From Thecamonas trahens ATCC 50062 (taxonomy: Eukaryota; Protista; Apusomonadida): a stretch of 64,000 nt of DNA. This document shows positions 41,133 through 52,388 of this stretch, piece after piece. The notes below the pieces were generated by a model. It had not been told where the DNA came from, did no database searches, and worked only from the letters and a program-made list of their open reading frames with translations. How positions within the stretch are numbered: the first letter of the stretch is position 1; the number at the start of each line of letters is the position of its first letter. The DNA is taken from the NCBI RefSeq assembly GCF_000142905.1, contig NW_013657613.1:52502-116501 (forward strand). The letters run 5' to 3'. The position numbers and the translations under genes are program-made.

Positions 41133-42353
41133 CCTTGTCCTTCTTGGGCGTGGGCGCAACAAGGGCACGGGCAACGACGTCGTCGAACCAGGCCTTGCCA
41201 CCGGCAGCTGAAGCCAGCTCGGCGAGCTCGGCGGTCGAGTACTCCTTGGCGCCGTACATGACGTCAACCTTGAGCTTGGCGCCATCGCGACGAAGGGTAA
41301 AGGTCTCGACGATGCCTGGGACACGCTTGCGGACTGTGACGACCAGGTGCTTCTTGGACTTCATCTTCTTGATGCCAACGCCGACGATGTAGTCGCCGGC
41401 GCGGATGCCAGCGGCGGCAGCCGGTGAGCCGGGGTGGACGTCGTGGACCCGGACTCTGTCGCCAAACTCGTTTGTTCCCTCATCCGACGACGACGAACCG
41501 CCGACATCCTTGGCCACCAATCCGAGAACGAGTGTGGAGTCGATGATTTTGGCCCGGGCAGCGGCCTGCACGTCGCTGGCGTCCTTGGCCGGCGTGGCAG
41601 GGGCCGCGGCAGCAGCCTTTGTCTCGGCCTCTGCCGGCACGACAGCAGCGTCAGACTGGACCTCTGCCTCAGCAGGTGCGGCAACAGCTTCAGGCTCGGG
41701 TGCTGGGCGCGGGTTGCGGGCGAGAAAGGCGCGCTGAATGGTACGAGCAGCAGCATCCTCCTCAGGATCAACAGTAATCTCGTCCTTCCCAGTCTTTGCC
41801 GCAAGAGCAGAAGTCGAGGCCGACGAGTCAAGGGTCAGCGGATCGGCACCATGGCTTTCATGCGGATGCGGCGTAGGCTCTGGATTGAGCGGCTCGGGGA
41901 CGACATCCGAGCCATCATCTCTAGGAGCGTACTTTTCGACCAATCGCGCAAACTCACCCGCACGAGCACCTCGGAGGATATGAAAGAGACAGCCGTTCTT
42001 GTAGAACAAAAAGGTAGGCTGCGATGATCCCTTGTACTCTTCCAGCTCCTCCACCATAGCGGCATTGACTGAAATGAACTTGATTTTGTCGTTGGCCAGC
42101 TGAACAAACAAGCTCCGCATCACTCGCTCCATAGCCTCACACGGTCCGAACCACTGGCCATGGACATCAGCCACTATTTCCCCGAATCCATCTCCATCTA
42201 TGAGTTCCCCCTCCCCTTCCTCCTTCCCCTCCCCCCCTCTCCTCCAGCCCAGCCCAGCCCCAACATACCCACCAGGCCGTCCATGGCCACAGCCTCGGGC
42301 CATGCCTCTGCACTCTCCACAGCCTCGCACACATTCAGCTGCCTCCGTGCCAT
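40537..42353 (-). CDS. NME8/TXNDC3-type thioredoxin-like + IQ + PDZ protein with poly-K and Ser-rich tail; intron 42268-42174
   Basis: Spliced ...DGLV|VADVHGQWFGPCEAM...PTFLFYKNG...GA, AAARTIQRAF (IQ), VHPGSPAAAAGIRAGDYIV (PDZ). GTATGT/TAG splice sites in frame. Confidence 0.8.
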
Positions 42354-42461
42354 AGCCGGTGCTTCTGACGAGACACGCAGAGAGAGAGAGAGAGGTGTGA
42401 GGTGTGGTTGTGGTTGTGGTTGTGGTTGTGGTTGTTGTCGCTGGGACTGGTGGCAGTCCGT

Positions 42462-42571
42462 TTCCGTCGATTCCGTCGATTCTGTCGATTCCGTCGATTC
42501 TGTCGATTCCGTCGATTCCGTCGATTCCGTCGATTCCGTCGATTCCGTCGATTCCGTCGATTCCGTCGATT
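42462..42571. repeat. 9-bp repeat (TTCCGTCGA) about x12 in the divergent thioredoxin/SQS intergenic region
   Basis: Direct reading. Confidence 0.9.
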
Positions 42572-43047
42572 TGAGCCGATCTGCCGATGCGGCCGACTTG
42601 GCCTCGTCATGATCACCACGGGGTGTGATTTGGACGGGATATGGTACCAATTCAATTCCTGGATGGCTGTGAGGGGGGGAGGAGAGAGAGAGAGAGAGAG
42701 AGAGGGAGCGCATCATGCGGTTGCGATTTGTGGTCATCATCAGCAATCCTAATACTGATTCTGATCCTGATCCTGATCCTGATCCCGATCTCGATCTCGA
42801 TCCCGATCTCGATCCCGTTCCTCATCTCCATCCCCAACCCCCCCCAACCCCATCCCCATCCCCATCCCCATCCCCATCCCCATCCCTCCTCTCTCCCCCC
42901 CTTCCTGCTCGCATCAACCCGTTTCTTTTGCCGCCACTGGCGTTTCAGCCAAGGTAGCAGTCGGGGAGAGACACGGGAGGAATCTGCGGCGAGACGGCAA
43001 CACTTGTCGCTGACAGCTGTGGCAACCAAGGGGCCATACAACAGAAA

Positions 43048-44946
43048 ATGGAGCACTTTAAGCAGTCATGGAACCGGCCGTCTGAGATCTGGGCACTTCT
43101 CAAGTTCAAGTTTACCACCAAGCACGGAGCTGACCTCCCGCCGCTCTCCGACTCGCTCTCGGACCTCGAGTGGTTGCATGTCAAGCTTGTCCAGACCTCC
43201 CGTTCCTTTGCGGGCGTCATCAGGGAGATGCACTCGGAGCTCCAGCTTCCTGTACGTAGAGATTATTCCTTCTACACCACACACATACCCATATTCCAAT
43301 CCATGTCATATCATGCTCCACCATCTACATCTCCCCGTCACACACTCCGTCCACCTCTCGGACGAACGAGGGGGGATCGCCCAAAATCACCGCACATTGC
43401 CGTTTGGAGGGGGGGAGGGGGGGGGGGGGGGGGGGGGGAAGGGGGGAAAAACTTTACATGATTGGGTATGTATGTGTGTATGTGTGGATGTGTGGATGTG
43501 TGTATGTGTGTGTGTGTATGTGTGTATGTGCGTGTGTCTGTACTCTCTCTCTCTCTCTCTCTTCGTCTCGCGCTCTGTCTCTCATGCTGTCTCTTGCCTG
43601 CGCTCGCTCTGTCTCTCATGCTGTCTCTTGCCTGCGCTCTGTCTCTGTCTCTCATGCTGTCTCTTGCCTGCGCTCTGTCTCTGTCTCTCATGCTGTCTCT
43701 TGCCTGCGCTCTGTCTCTCTTTCTTGATCTCGCACTTGCACTCTGTTCTGTCTCTCGTGCTGTGTCTCGCTTGCGCTCTGTCCCTCTCTCTTTGTCTCGT
43801 GGTCTGTCTCTCTGTCTTGATCTCTCTGTTTGTCTTGTGGTCTGTCTCCCACGCCGTTGCTCTCTCTCTCACTTCCACACACACGCACTCTCCACCTCGC
43901 TCTGGTCACAGATCGCTGTCTTCTACTTGGTCCTCCGTGCTCTTGATTCTGTGGAGGATGATATGGCTGTGCCTGCTGATCGCAAGGTGCCGCTCCTTCA
44001 TGCCTTTTATCATCTCTTTGAGCATGGCGGCTCGGCGGATCTGCTGGACCTGTCGAACATCGGTGAGAAGCCGGAAGAGGTCGAGCTGCTCGACAACATC
44101 CATCGGCTCATCGCTGTCCACGCCTCGCTCAAGCCCGAGTATCAAGAGGTCATTGTGGAGATCTGCAAGGAGATGGGTGCGGGCATGGCAAAGTACCTGG
44201 ACAAAGAGGTGGAGACCGAGGAGGAGTACAACGAGTACTGCTACTACGTGGCTGGCCTGGTCGGTGTTGGTCTCTCGGGCCTCTTTGCTGCCTCGGGACT
44301 CGAGGATCCGCGCTACGCCGACATGAAGGCCCTCTCCAACGCCTGCGGACAGGCGTTGCAGAAGACCAACATCACCCGCGACATGCAGGAGGATCTTGGG
44401 GAGGGTCGGGTCTTCTGGCCCAAGGACATTGTGCACCAGTACGTGACACGGATGGAGGACATGGTCAACCCCAAGCACCGCACCATGGCGCTGCGCTGCC
44501 TCAACCACATGGTCCTGCTCTGCGTTCAGCACGCCCCGGACACCCTCTCGTACATGGCTGGCCTGGTCACTCCCGAGGTCCTCCGTTTTGTGGCCATTCC
44601 GCAGGTCATGGCTCTCGGCACCGTCGCCATCCTGTACAACAACCCAGAGGTGCTGGAGAAGAACGTCAAGATGCGCAAGGGGCTGACCGCTCGCATCTTT
44701 ATGTCCATCAACTCGTTTGCCGACGTCTGCCGCTGGTACCTTGTCTTTACCCGCCAGCTCCGCGACGCTGTCGGCTCGCCCTCCAACGAGGTCGAGACCC
44801 GCATGGTCGCTGTCCTCGACAAGGTCGAGGCTATCTGCGCCGAGCATGTCGACGACGGCTTCTCCGCCATGGACTGGGCCGTCGCCGGCGCCTGGGCCGC
44901 CTCCTCGGTCTATCTCCTGCAGAAGACGCTGCACTCGCACCTGTGA
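43048..44946 (+). CDS. FDFT1: Squalene synthase; exons 43048-43251 and 43912-44946
   Basis: TSRSFAGVI, FYLVLRALDSVEDD, YCYYVAGLVG, LQKTNITRD, FVAIPQVMA, VKMRKG, C-terminal TM. GTACGT donor and CAG acceptor in frame. Confidence 0.96.
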
Positions 44947-45021
44947 ACCTCGCTACGTCGTCCCCTTCCCTCGTGTAAATCGATCCCCCACCTACGGCCT
45001 CCTCTTTGCTGTGAGCAGTGT

Positions 45022-46623
45022 TTAGCCCTCAAAGGCATCGTCGATGGGCGCAAACGAACGGTCGATGATGTCAAAGGCCTCAGCAATCTGCTCCTCGTTG
45101 ATGATGAGCGGCGGGTTGCACATGAATGACGACCAGCGGAAGAGGGTGAAAAGCCCGTTCTCGCGGAGCTCCTTGTTAAAGGCAGCAATGGCCGGCGACG
45201 GCGGGCCGTTGTAGGTGACAAACGGCTCGCCGGCTGAGTTCTTTTGCAGGTCAACCATGCCAAAGAGGCCAACGGAGCGGGCGGCGCGGACGGCCGGATG
45301 CTTGTCGGCGAGCTCGTTCATGTGCTTCTGCATGACGGGCTCCATGGCCTTGGCGTTGGCGCCAATGCCGGTGGCGAGCGAGTGCTTGAGGGCAGCGTAG
45401 GCCGAGGCGAGGCCCACGGGGTGCGAGTTGTACGTCGTGCCGATGGAGATCGGGTGGTCCATAAAGTGCTCGGCAATGTGGTCGCGAACGGCGACGGCGC
45501 CGAGCGGGACAAAGGCGCCGTTGATGCCCTTGGCCATGGTCACAATGTCGGGCACAATCATGGGGTCCGAGTGCATAAAGCCAAACGGCTCGCCGGTCCG
45601 CCAAAAGCCGGCCATCACCTCGTCGCACACCATAAGAATGCCGTGCTCGTCGCAGATGGCGCGGACGCCCTCGAGGTAGCCTGCCGGCGGCTTGAGCACG
45701 CCGTTAGTCCCGGTCACCGACTCGAGGAAGAAGGCCATAATGTTGTGCCCGCCCTCGTACTGGATGACCTCGCGGAGGTGCGTCAGGTTGTTGGCCACAA
45801 TCTCCTCCTCGGTCTTGCCAAACGAGACGTGGTAGGGGTCCGGATCAAAGACACGGATGACGTTGCCCATGGCCGGCTCGGCCGTCCACCGGCGCGGATC
45901 GCCCGTCAGCGCCATCGTCGCCGCAGACCCGCCGTGGTACGAGCGGTACCGCGCCATAACCTTGGACCGCCCGGTAAAGAGCTTGGCCATGCGGAGGGCG
46001 GCCTCGTTGGACTCGGCGCCGCCGCAGGTGTAGAAGAAGTGGTTGAGGTCGCCAGGCATGAGCTCCTGCATCAGGCGTCCGAGCTTGGCCTTGATGGGCA
46101 CCGTGGTGTGGCACGGGTAGGCGTACGGCGCAGCACGCATCTGCTCCACAACAGCCTCGATGACCTCCTCGGGCACGGTGTGGCCGAGGTTTGAGCACAT
46201 GGCGCCCGAGTTCCAGTCAAGATACCGCTTGCCGGCGGTATCGGTAAAGTACACGCCATCGCCCTGAGCAATCTGAATAGGATCAACAGCACCGGTGGCG
46301 CCCCATGTGACCAGATGCGACTCGCGGAGCGTCTTTGCAATCTCATCGACCGACCACTCGGCGGCGTCCATGGCAGCGGTCTTGGCGAGAATAGCCTCGG
46401 CATCGACGGTGTGCGGCTCGGTGAGAACAGACTTGGCAGGTGGCACAGGCGCTTGCGGCGTCTTGAGTCCGATCTGGTTGACAACATTTCGTCCAAGCGT
46501 CATCGAGCTGATCACAAAAGCCGCAGCTGCAGTTCCAGAAAAAGAAGCTGACGACAAAGCCAACGGCAAAGTCGCCGATGATGAGGCAACCTTGGCGCCG
46601 ACAGCAGCACCGACACGGAACAT
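45022..46623 (-). CDS. Class III PLP aminotransferase (omega-amino acid/taurine-pyruvate type) with a mitochondrial-type presequence
   Basis: GKRYLDW...NLGH, GGAESNE, RSYHG, DEVMAGFWRTG, PDIVTMAKG, TYNSHP. Confidence 0.93.
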   Translation of the reverse strand: MFRVGAAVGAKVASSSATLPLALSSASFSGTAAAAFVISSMTLGRNVVNQIGLKTPQAPVPPAKSVLTEPHTVDAEAILAKTAAMDAAEWSVDEIAKTLRESHLVTWGATGAVDPIQIAQGDGVYFTDTAGKRYLDWNSGAMCSNLGHTVPEEVIEAVVEQMRAAPYAYPCHTTVPIKAKLGRLMQELMPGDLNHFFYTCGGAESNEAALRMAKLFTGRSKVMARYRSYHGGSAATMALTGDPRRWTAEPAMGNVIRVFDPDPYHVSFGKTEEEIVANNLTHLREVIQYEGGHNIMAFFLESVTGTNGVLKPPAGYLEGVRAICDEHGILMVCDEVMAGFWRTGEPFGFMHSDPMIVPDIVTMAKGINGAFVPLGAVAVRDHIAEHFMDHPISIGTTYNSHPVGLASAYAALKHSLATGIGANAKAMEPVMQKHMNELADKHPAVRAARSVGLFGMVDLQKNSAGEPFVTYNGPPSPAIAAFNKELRENGLFTLFRWSSFMCNPPLIINEEQIAEAFDIIDRSFAPIDDAFEG

Positions 46624-47365
46624 GGCGAGTTGGTTCGAGTGCGGAGAGAACGAGTCAAATAAGAGAGAGAGAGAGAGAGCGGCTTCAGCTGCTTGGTACC
46701 CTCGCTTCAATTCGAGTAGAGTCTGCTGGTCCCCACTGTTCTCGCTGTTGCAAGGTTGGCTGACGGGGGGGAGTGGCGGTGAGGGAGGAAGCAGGAGGCG
46801 GACGCGTGGCTTTGGTCGTTTTGTCCATTCAAGTCGGTTTTTTGGGCGGTCATAGCTTTTTTTTTTCTTTCTTTCTTTGCTTTGGTTCGTTTGGATGGTT
46901 CGATGGCGGTTGAATGTGCTGCCTCAGGAGGTTGGAGGAGGTATTGTAGATGGCTAGTATTGATGAGACTGACCATGTGGTTGGGTGTGGAATGGTGTAG
47001 ATGGAGCGAGGGTGTGCGGGGCGGGGGGTGCGTGTGTGTTTGGGATGTGCCGCGTCATGATCTGTTTAAATATTTTCATTTCGTTTCGATGCTTCGATTT
47101 AGCATAGGAGTGCGGGGGATGATGGGGGCAAGTGTGCGATGGCATGGCGGGGGTTGGGTTGGTGCGTGTATGAAGGGGGTGTGTGTAGGTGGGGGAGGTC
47201 GAGTGAGGGGGGGGAGGTGAGGGGCGAGAAAGAGGGAGAGGAGGATGCCGCATGCATTAGTGAGGAGGATATTTCTTCAATTCTTTGTGGAACTGATGTG
47301 GTCGGTGCGGGTTGTACGTTTGCTTGTTCATTTGTGCATCGGTATGAGGAGCGGGACGAGTCGAC

Positions 47366-49200
47366 CTACACCAGCAGCGCGTCTTGGTGCTTGCCTAGAA
47401 GTGCTTGCTCAAAGTTGGCGACGAGGCCCAGGTCAAACGGATTGAAGAAGCCACCGTCGTCGTCCTTGAAAATCTCGTAGCGGTCCGAGTTGAGCCGCTC
47501 GTTGGTGGTGAGGTTGCGTGAGGTCTGGTACAGCATCTGGAAGGTGAGATGAACCATCCAGATGAGGAACGGCGTGTTCCAGACAACTGCAAGGCAGAGG
47601 AGCGGAGCGGTGTTGAGCATGGCGACGAGCGAGGTGAGCGAGGTCGGCGAGTACGGGGTGACAGAGGCGACAAGGTGGAGGAAGAGCAGCTCGGCGAGAG
47701 CAAAGAGAGCGACAAAGGCGACAAAGGCGCCCATGTTGTTCTTGCCGACGCAAACACCGAGCCAGGGACAATGGTGGTCGAATCGCTCAACGCAGACACC
47801 GCAGGTCGAGCAATGCTTTGAGCGCAGTGGCCGGATGATGAGGCAGGTCGGGCAGAGATTTGAGGGTTTCGTGCCTGCGGCGAGCATGTCACTCATGACC
47901 TCAGCCTGGGCGGCGGTGGGGACTATCCGCGGCGTCGTCCCAGGCTGCGAGTTGCGGAGCCAAAGAAAGATGCCCAGCGTGGCAAAGGAGAGAAGCCAGA
48001 AGAGGCAGAGCTCGAGCGGGGCGGCGACAAGCGCGGGCGGGACGATGTACATGACGACGGCCGGGACCGAGAGGAGGCTGGCCGCCGCAAAGATACCGAT
48101 CTGTAGCGCCTCGATGTAGTGTGCAGTGAGGCGAGCATTGGAGACCTCGCCGTCGCCGTCGGGCGTGCTGAGCGCGAGCCACGAGTGCTTGTTGGCGTAC
48201 CGAACAATGCCGGTAAAGACCTTGAAGCCAAAGGAGACGAGGACGAGGATGGTGAAGAGCGCAAAGAGCGGGTGCATGACTGCAGCTACGCCGGCACACG
48301 CTGCCACCATCACGCACGCCAGGGTGCTCACAACCCGTTCTGACGATGTGGCCAGTGGCCGGCCACACGCGTTCACACCGACCTTCGAGACCGAGAGCCT
48401 CGGCGGGACGAGGGCTTGCTCGACAAAACCTCCGTGCTCGCGCAGCGGGGTGATCTTGCCGCCTGCGGCCGTGGCAAAGCGCTCGGCAGCCTCGAGGAGC
48501 GAGACGACCTTGGGCGCGCCGACGGCACGGGCCCAACCAATCGGGGTCTCGCCGTCGGAGCAGTGGGCGGCTAGGACGGAAGCGAGGGCGTCGGGCGAGG
48601 TCGCGAGGGCCGAGACCAGAAGCTCGGCCGGCCGCTCGTGCTTCATGGCTGCTGCCCAGTGCAGAGCAGTCATCCCATCAGCTCTGCACGGCACATCGAT
48701 CCGAGCTCCGGCGCGCAGCATGAGCGCCACCATGGCGGACGACCCTTCGTACGCCGCACGCATTAGCGGGGTGTGCCCCTGCTCATCGCGGACTTCGCAG
48801 TCTGCGCCTGCATCCAGGAGCACCATAGCCGGAAAGACACAGCTGGCGGCCACGGCAGCGTGAAGAGCAGTAACTCCGTGGCCATCAGCTCCGTTGACAT
48901 CCGCGCCAAGCGCAAGAACCCAGCGCGTTGCGCGGACCGATCCGGAGAGCGCCGCCACTGTCAGCAGCGGCGGCGAGAAAGCGCCTGGAGTCGTCAAGCA
49001 AGGAAGAGCGCCAGTCTCCATCACAGCCTCAGCCATGGCAACACTCGGTCTTCCCAACGCCGCATGAAGCAGCGATCTGCCGATGCGAGGCCCAAACGCA
49101 AGTTGCTCTGTCTCTGCCTTTGCCATCAGCGCCCGTGCCTCTGCCAGCGATCCATGAGCCACCGCCTTGACGAGTTGTGGAGCCGGATGCGAGTGTCCAT
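47366..49200 (-). CDS. Ankyrin-repeat DHHC palmitoyltransferase (Akr1/ZDHHC13/17-like); 5' exon uncertain (perhaps from ATG 49533)
   Basis: Several ankyrin repeats (TALHAA, TPLMRAA, TALHWAA), CPTC..RPLRSKHCSTC..CVERFDHHCPW, TTNE, NPFDLG. Confidence 0.93.
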
Positions 49201-49226
49201 GCTACTACCAGCACCAGTTTGGCCAG

Positions 49227-49328
49227 TCCCAGCAGCAGCTCGATCAGTCCCAGCAGCAGCTCGATCAGTCCCAGCAGCAGCTCGATCAGTCCCAGCAGCA
49301 GCTCGATCAGCCCCAGCAGCAGCTCGAC
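49227..49328. repeat. 21-bp repeat (CCCAGCAGCAGCTCGATCAGT) about x5, probably intronic
   Basis: Direct reading. Confidence 0.88.
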
Positions 49329-49710
49329 CACCATCACCATCCCTACAACCATCACCATTCCCACAGCCATCACCATCTCCACAGCCATCATCGTGATCCA
49401 CTTGCCTATCTCTTCTCCCAGCACCCGTCAGAGCAAGCGCCGTCGACTCGAGCGGTAGCGTCTCGCCCTGTGCAGCACGAAGACTCGGTCCTGCGAGACT
49501 CGCCCATACGCCTTCCAGGTCCGAAGCGGTCATGGAGGTGGGGAGGGGAGGGTATGAAGATGTGGTGTGTGGTGATGTGTGTGTGCGTGGTGATGTGTGT
49601 GTATGTGTGTGTGTGTATGGGCAGTGAGTGCGGGTGGCGGATGTGGGTGGCGGTGTTTGAGAGGGTTTGGGCCTGCGGATGTGTGTTTTCTGAATTGTGT
49701 ATGGTACGGA

Positions 49711-50110
49711 CGGATTGTGTGCAGATCATACGGATTGTGCGCAGATCATACGGATTGTGTGCAGATCATACGGATTGTGCGCAGATCATACGGATTGTGC
49801 GCAGATCATACGGATTGTGCGCAGATCATACGGATTGTGTGCAGATCATACGGATTGTGTGCAGATCATACGGATTGTGCGCAGATCATACGGATTGTGC
49901 GCAGATCATACGGATTGTGTGCAGATCATACGGATTGTGCGCAGATCATACGGATTGTGTGCAGATCATACGGATTGTGCGCAGATCATACGGATTGTGC
50001 GCAGATCATACGGATTGTGTGCAGATCATACGGATTGTGTGCAGATCATACGGATTGTGCGCAGATCATACGGATTGTGCGCAGATCATACGGATTGTGC
50101 GCAGATCATA
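49711..50110. repeat. 20-bp minisatellite x20 (CGGATTGTGYGCAGATCATA) between divergent DHHC and PCH2 genes
   Basis: Exact 20-bp period with a single C/T variable site. Confidence 0.97.
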
Positions 50111-50445
50111 ACGATGGATGATGGGATCGACATGGCTTTGGGTATGTGTTGGAAGTATGTGTATTTCTGATGTTGGGGTTACGGCGGCGGAGAGGCGGGT
50201 GGGGTTACCCATCGCATCCCATCGCATCCCTCTCCCCTTGCCATCTCCACACTGTCATCATCGAACTGATAAAAGGCATGTCGACCACGAAATGGGCCAA
50301 ACATGTCCCTCCTTCCCCACCGCAGCGTTATCACCACCACCATGAGTCAATGTCATGATCATGATCACCGCCACGATCGATCACCCCCATGATCGATCAC
50401 CCCCCCTCCGCCCACCCCGCCCTCGCCCACACCCCACTCACCATC

Positions 50446-52102
50446 ATGTCATCGTCTGCAAGCCCGATGTGTGTGGCCGCAGGAGAGTCTGTCTGTGTGA
50501 GCATGGGCGTGGGTACGTATGGAGAGCATGTGTGGGTGAGTGTGGGGAGTGTGGGGTGGCGGAGGGGGGGGGAAGGTGCCGAAGAAGGTCGCAGTTTTGG
50601 CGCGAGCACGACTCACACATTCACACACGTATGGGCGTGGGTCGGGGGGGGGGTCCGGGGGGGGGTCCGGGGGGGGGGATGGCTGGTATGGGTATGGGTG
50701 GGAGATAGTGGAGGCGCTGCTGTTCCCCGAAGTGAGTGAGTACATCGACGACATCAAGGCGGCTGTGGCAGCCTTTCTCGGCTTCTTCACCCCATACGAG
50801 CTAGCTGTGGCAGCCAGTATTCGACCGGTGGCGGTGGCTGAGGACAAGGCCATGGCTATCGAGTCCAACGAGGGCTTGCTGGCGTACATGAGAGCCAATG
50901 TGAAGCGGTTGGACATCGAAGTGGCATACTCGCCAGCAGATGCAAGGGCTGACCCCGAGGTCATGGTCAAGATCGCACGTCCAGGGATCGGCGCGGGCGA
51001 GGTCTATCCGTTGGAGATTGTGGCCTACAAGCTGAGCCACGATGGTGTGGCTGAAGAGATGGACGATGCTGGCGAGTTTGCCTCGGCCTCGCACTGGGTT
51101 CTCCCAGCGGTGGAGTTTGATGGCGTGTGGGAGTCGCTCGTCTATGACTCGGCCATCAAGGCAAATCTGGTGCGGTACGTCCAGGTGGCGATGCAGCTCT
51201 CGGACGCCGGTGTCGACACCAATTTGGTGGCCTTTAACCGGGTGGTGCTTCTGCATGGCCCGCCGGGAACCGGCAAGACCTCGCTGTGCAAGGCGCTTGC
51301 CCACAAGCTTGCCATCCGGCTCTCGTCGCGGTACGCCCACGGGCAGCTGATCGAGATCAACGCGCACTCGCTCTTCTCCAAGTGGTTCTCCGAGTCGGGC
51401 AAGCTCGTCACCAGGCTCTTCTCCATGATTCGCGAGCTGGTCGCCGACTCGGACACCTTTGTCGTCGTTCTCATCGACGAGGTCGAGTCCCTGACCGCGG
51501 CGCGGACGTCGGCGCTGGCCGGGACTGAGCCGTCTGACTCGATCCGGGTCGTCAACGCCCTGCTCACCCAGATCGACCTCATCAAGGCATACCCGAACGT
51601 CGCCATTCTCACGACGTCTAACATCACTGGGGCCATCGACCTCGCCTTTGTCGACCGGGCGGACATTAAGCAGTTCATCGGCCTGCCTTCGCGCTCGGCG
51701 CGCTACGGCATCCTCGCGTCGTCGGTGACCGATCTCATGCGAGCCGGCGTTGTCCAAGCGCCGACCGCTGGGCCGACAGGCTGCATCTCTGGTGCCGGTC
51801 CATTCTTCTTTGCCTACGACGAGCTGATGGCTGCTGAGGCCTCGGACGCGCTGGCGGTCTCGCTCGCCCTCCTCGACGTGGCCGATGCTGCCCAGGGCCT
51901 CTCGGGCCGCTCGCTGCGCAAGCTCCCGGTCGCCGCCCTCGTCGCCGTCTCATCGGCCACCCAGCTCAACGTCGCCGCTGACATCTTCCTCGCAGGCCTT
52001 CTCGCGGCCGCCGAGGCCGAGATGGCCTCTCGCGCTGCCCTCGACGCGCCGCCCGACACCGCCGCCCACGGCGCTGATGACATTCCGCGCGCCCGGGCCT
52101 GA
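50446..52102 (+). CDS. TRIP13: Pachytene checkpoint AAA+ ATPase PCH2/TRIP13; short first exon inferred, exon 2 from 50709
   Basis: LPAVEFDGVWESL, NRVVLLHGPPGTGKTSLCKALA, EINAHSLFSKWFSESGKLV, LIDEVESL, DSIRVVNALLTQID, GLSGRSLRKLP. Confidence 0.96.
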
Positions 52103-52226
52103 CGCCCCCAGGCGTGCTTAGCTCAGACCTGAACTGCCCGAGCCTGATGCGCACGTAGCCTTCTCCCTCTCCCGCCCTTCCACAGCCTGGGGACAAGGAG
52201 GGCGAGAACGGTTGCGCTGACGCGAG

Positions 52227-52313
52227 CATTGATTGTGGGGAGAGTTAACGATTATGTCAAAGAGACCATTGATTACGACGAGTCTACGATTACTCGGACG
52301 AGACCATTGATTA
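52227..52313 (+). promoter_or_regulatory. Candidate cis-element CCATTGATTA-N6-8-CTACGATTACTC, shared with the 28.1-kb minisatellite
   Basis: Same two words with near-identical spacing (38 vs 37 bp period) but different linkers, about 75 bp upstream of the SMYD ATG. Confidence 0.4.
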
Positions 52314-52388
52314 AACTCACCGCTCTCATCCCCCCCTCTCCCCCCCCCTCCTCCCCCCCCCGTACCCGCACCCCTCTCATCCCCCTTC

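Noticed and set aside
32116-46623. Isoprenoid/lipid gene cluster (IPK, TMEM164, HTD2, SQS)
   Set aside because: Interspersed with unrelated genes in mixed orientation; no evidence of co-regulation
49167-50170. ORFs with CADHTDCAQIIRIV or poly-Q repeats
   Set aside because: Translations of 20- and 21-bp minisatellites with no coding signature
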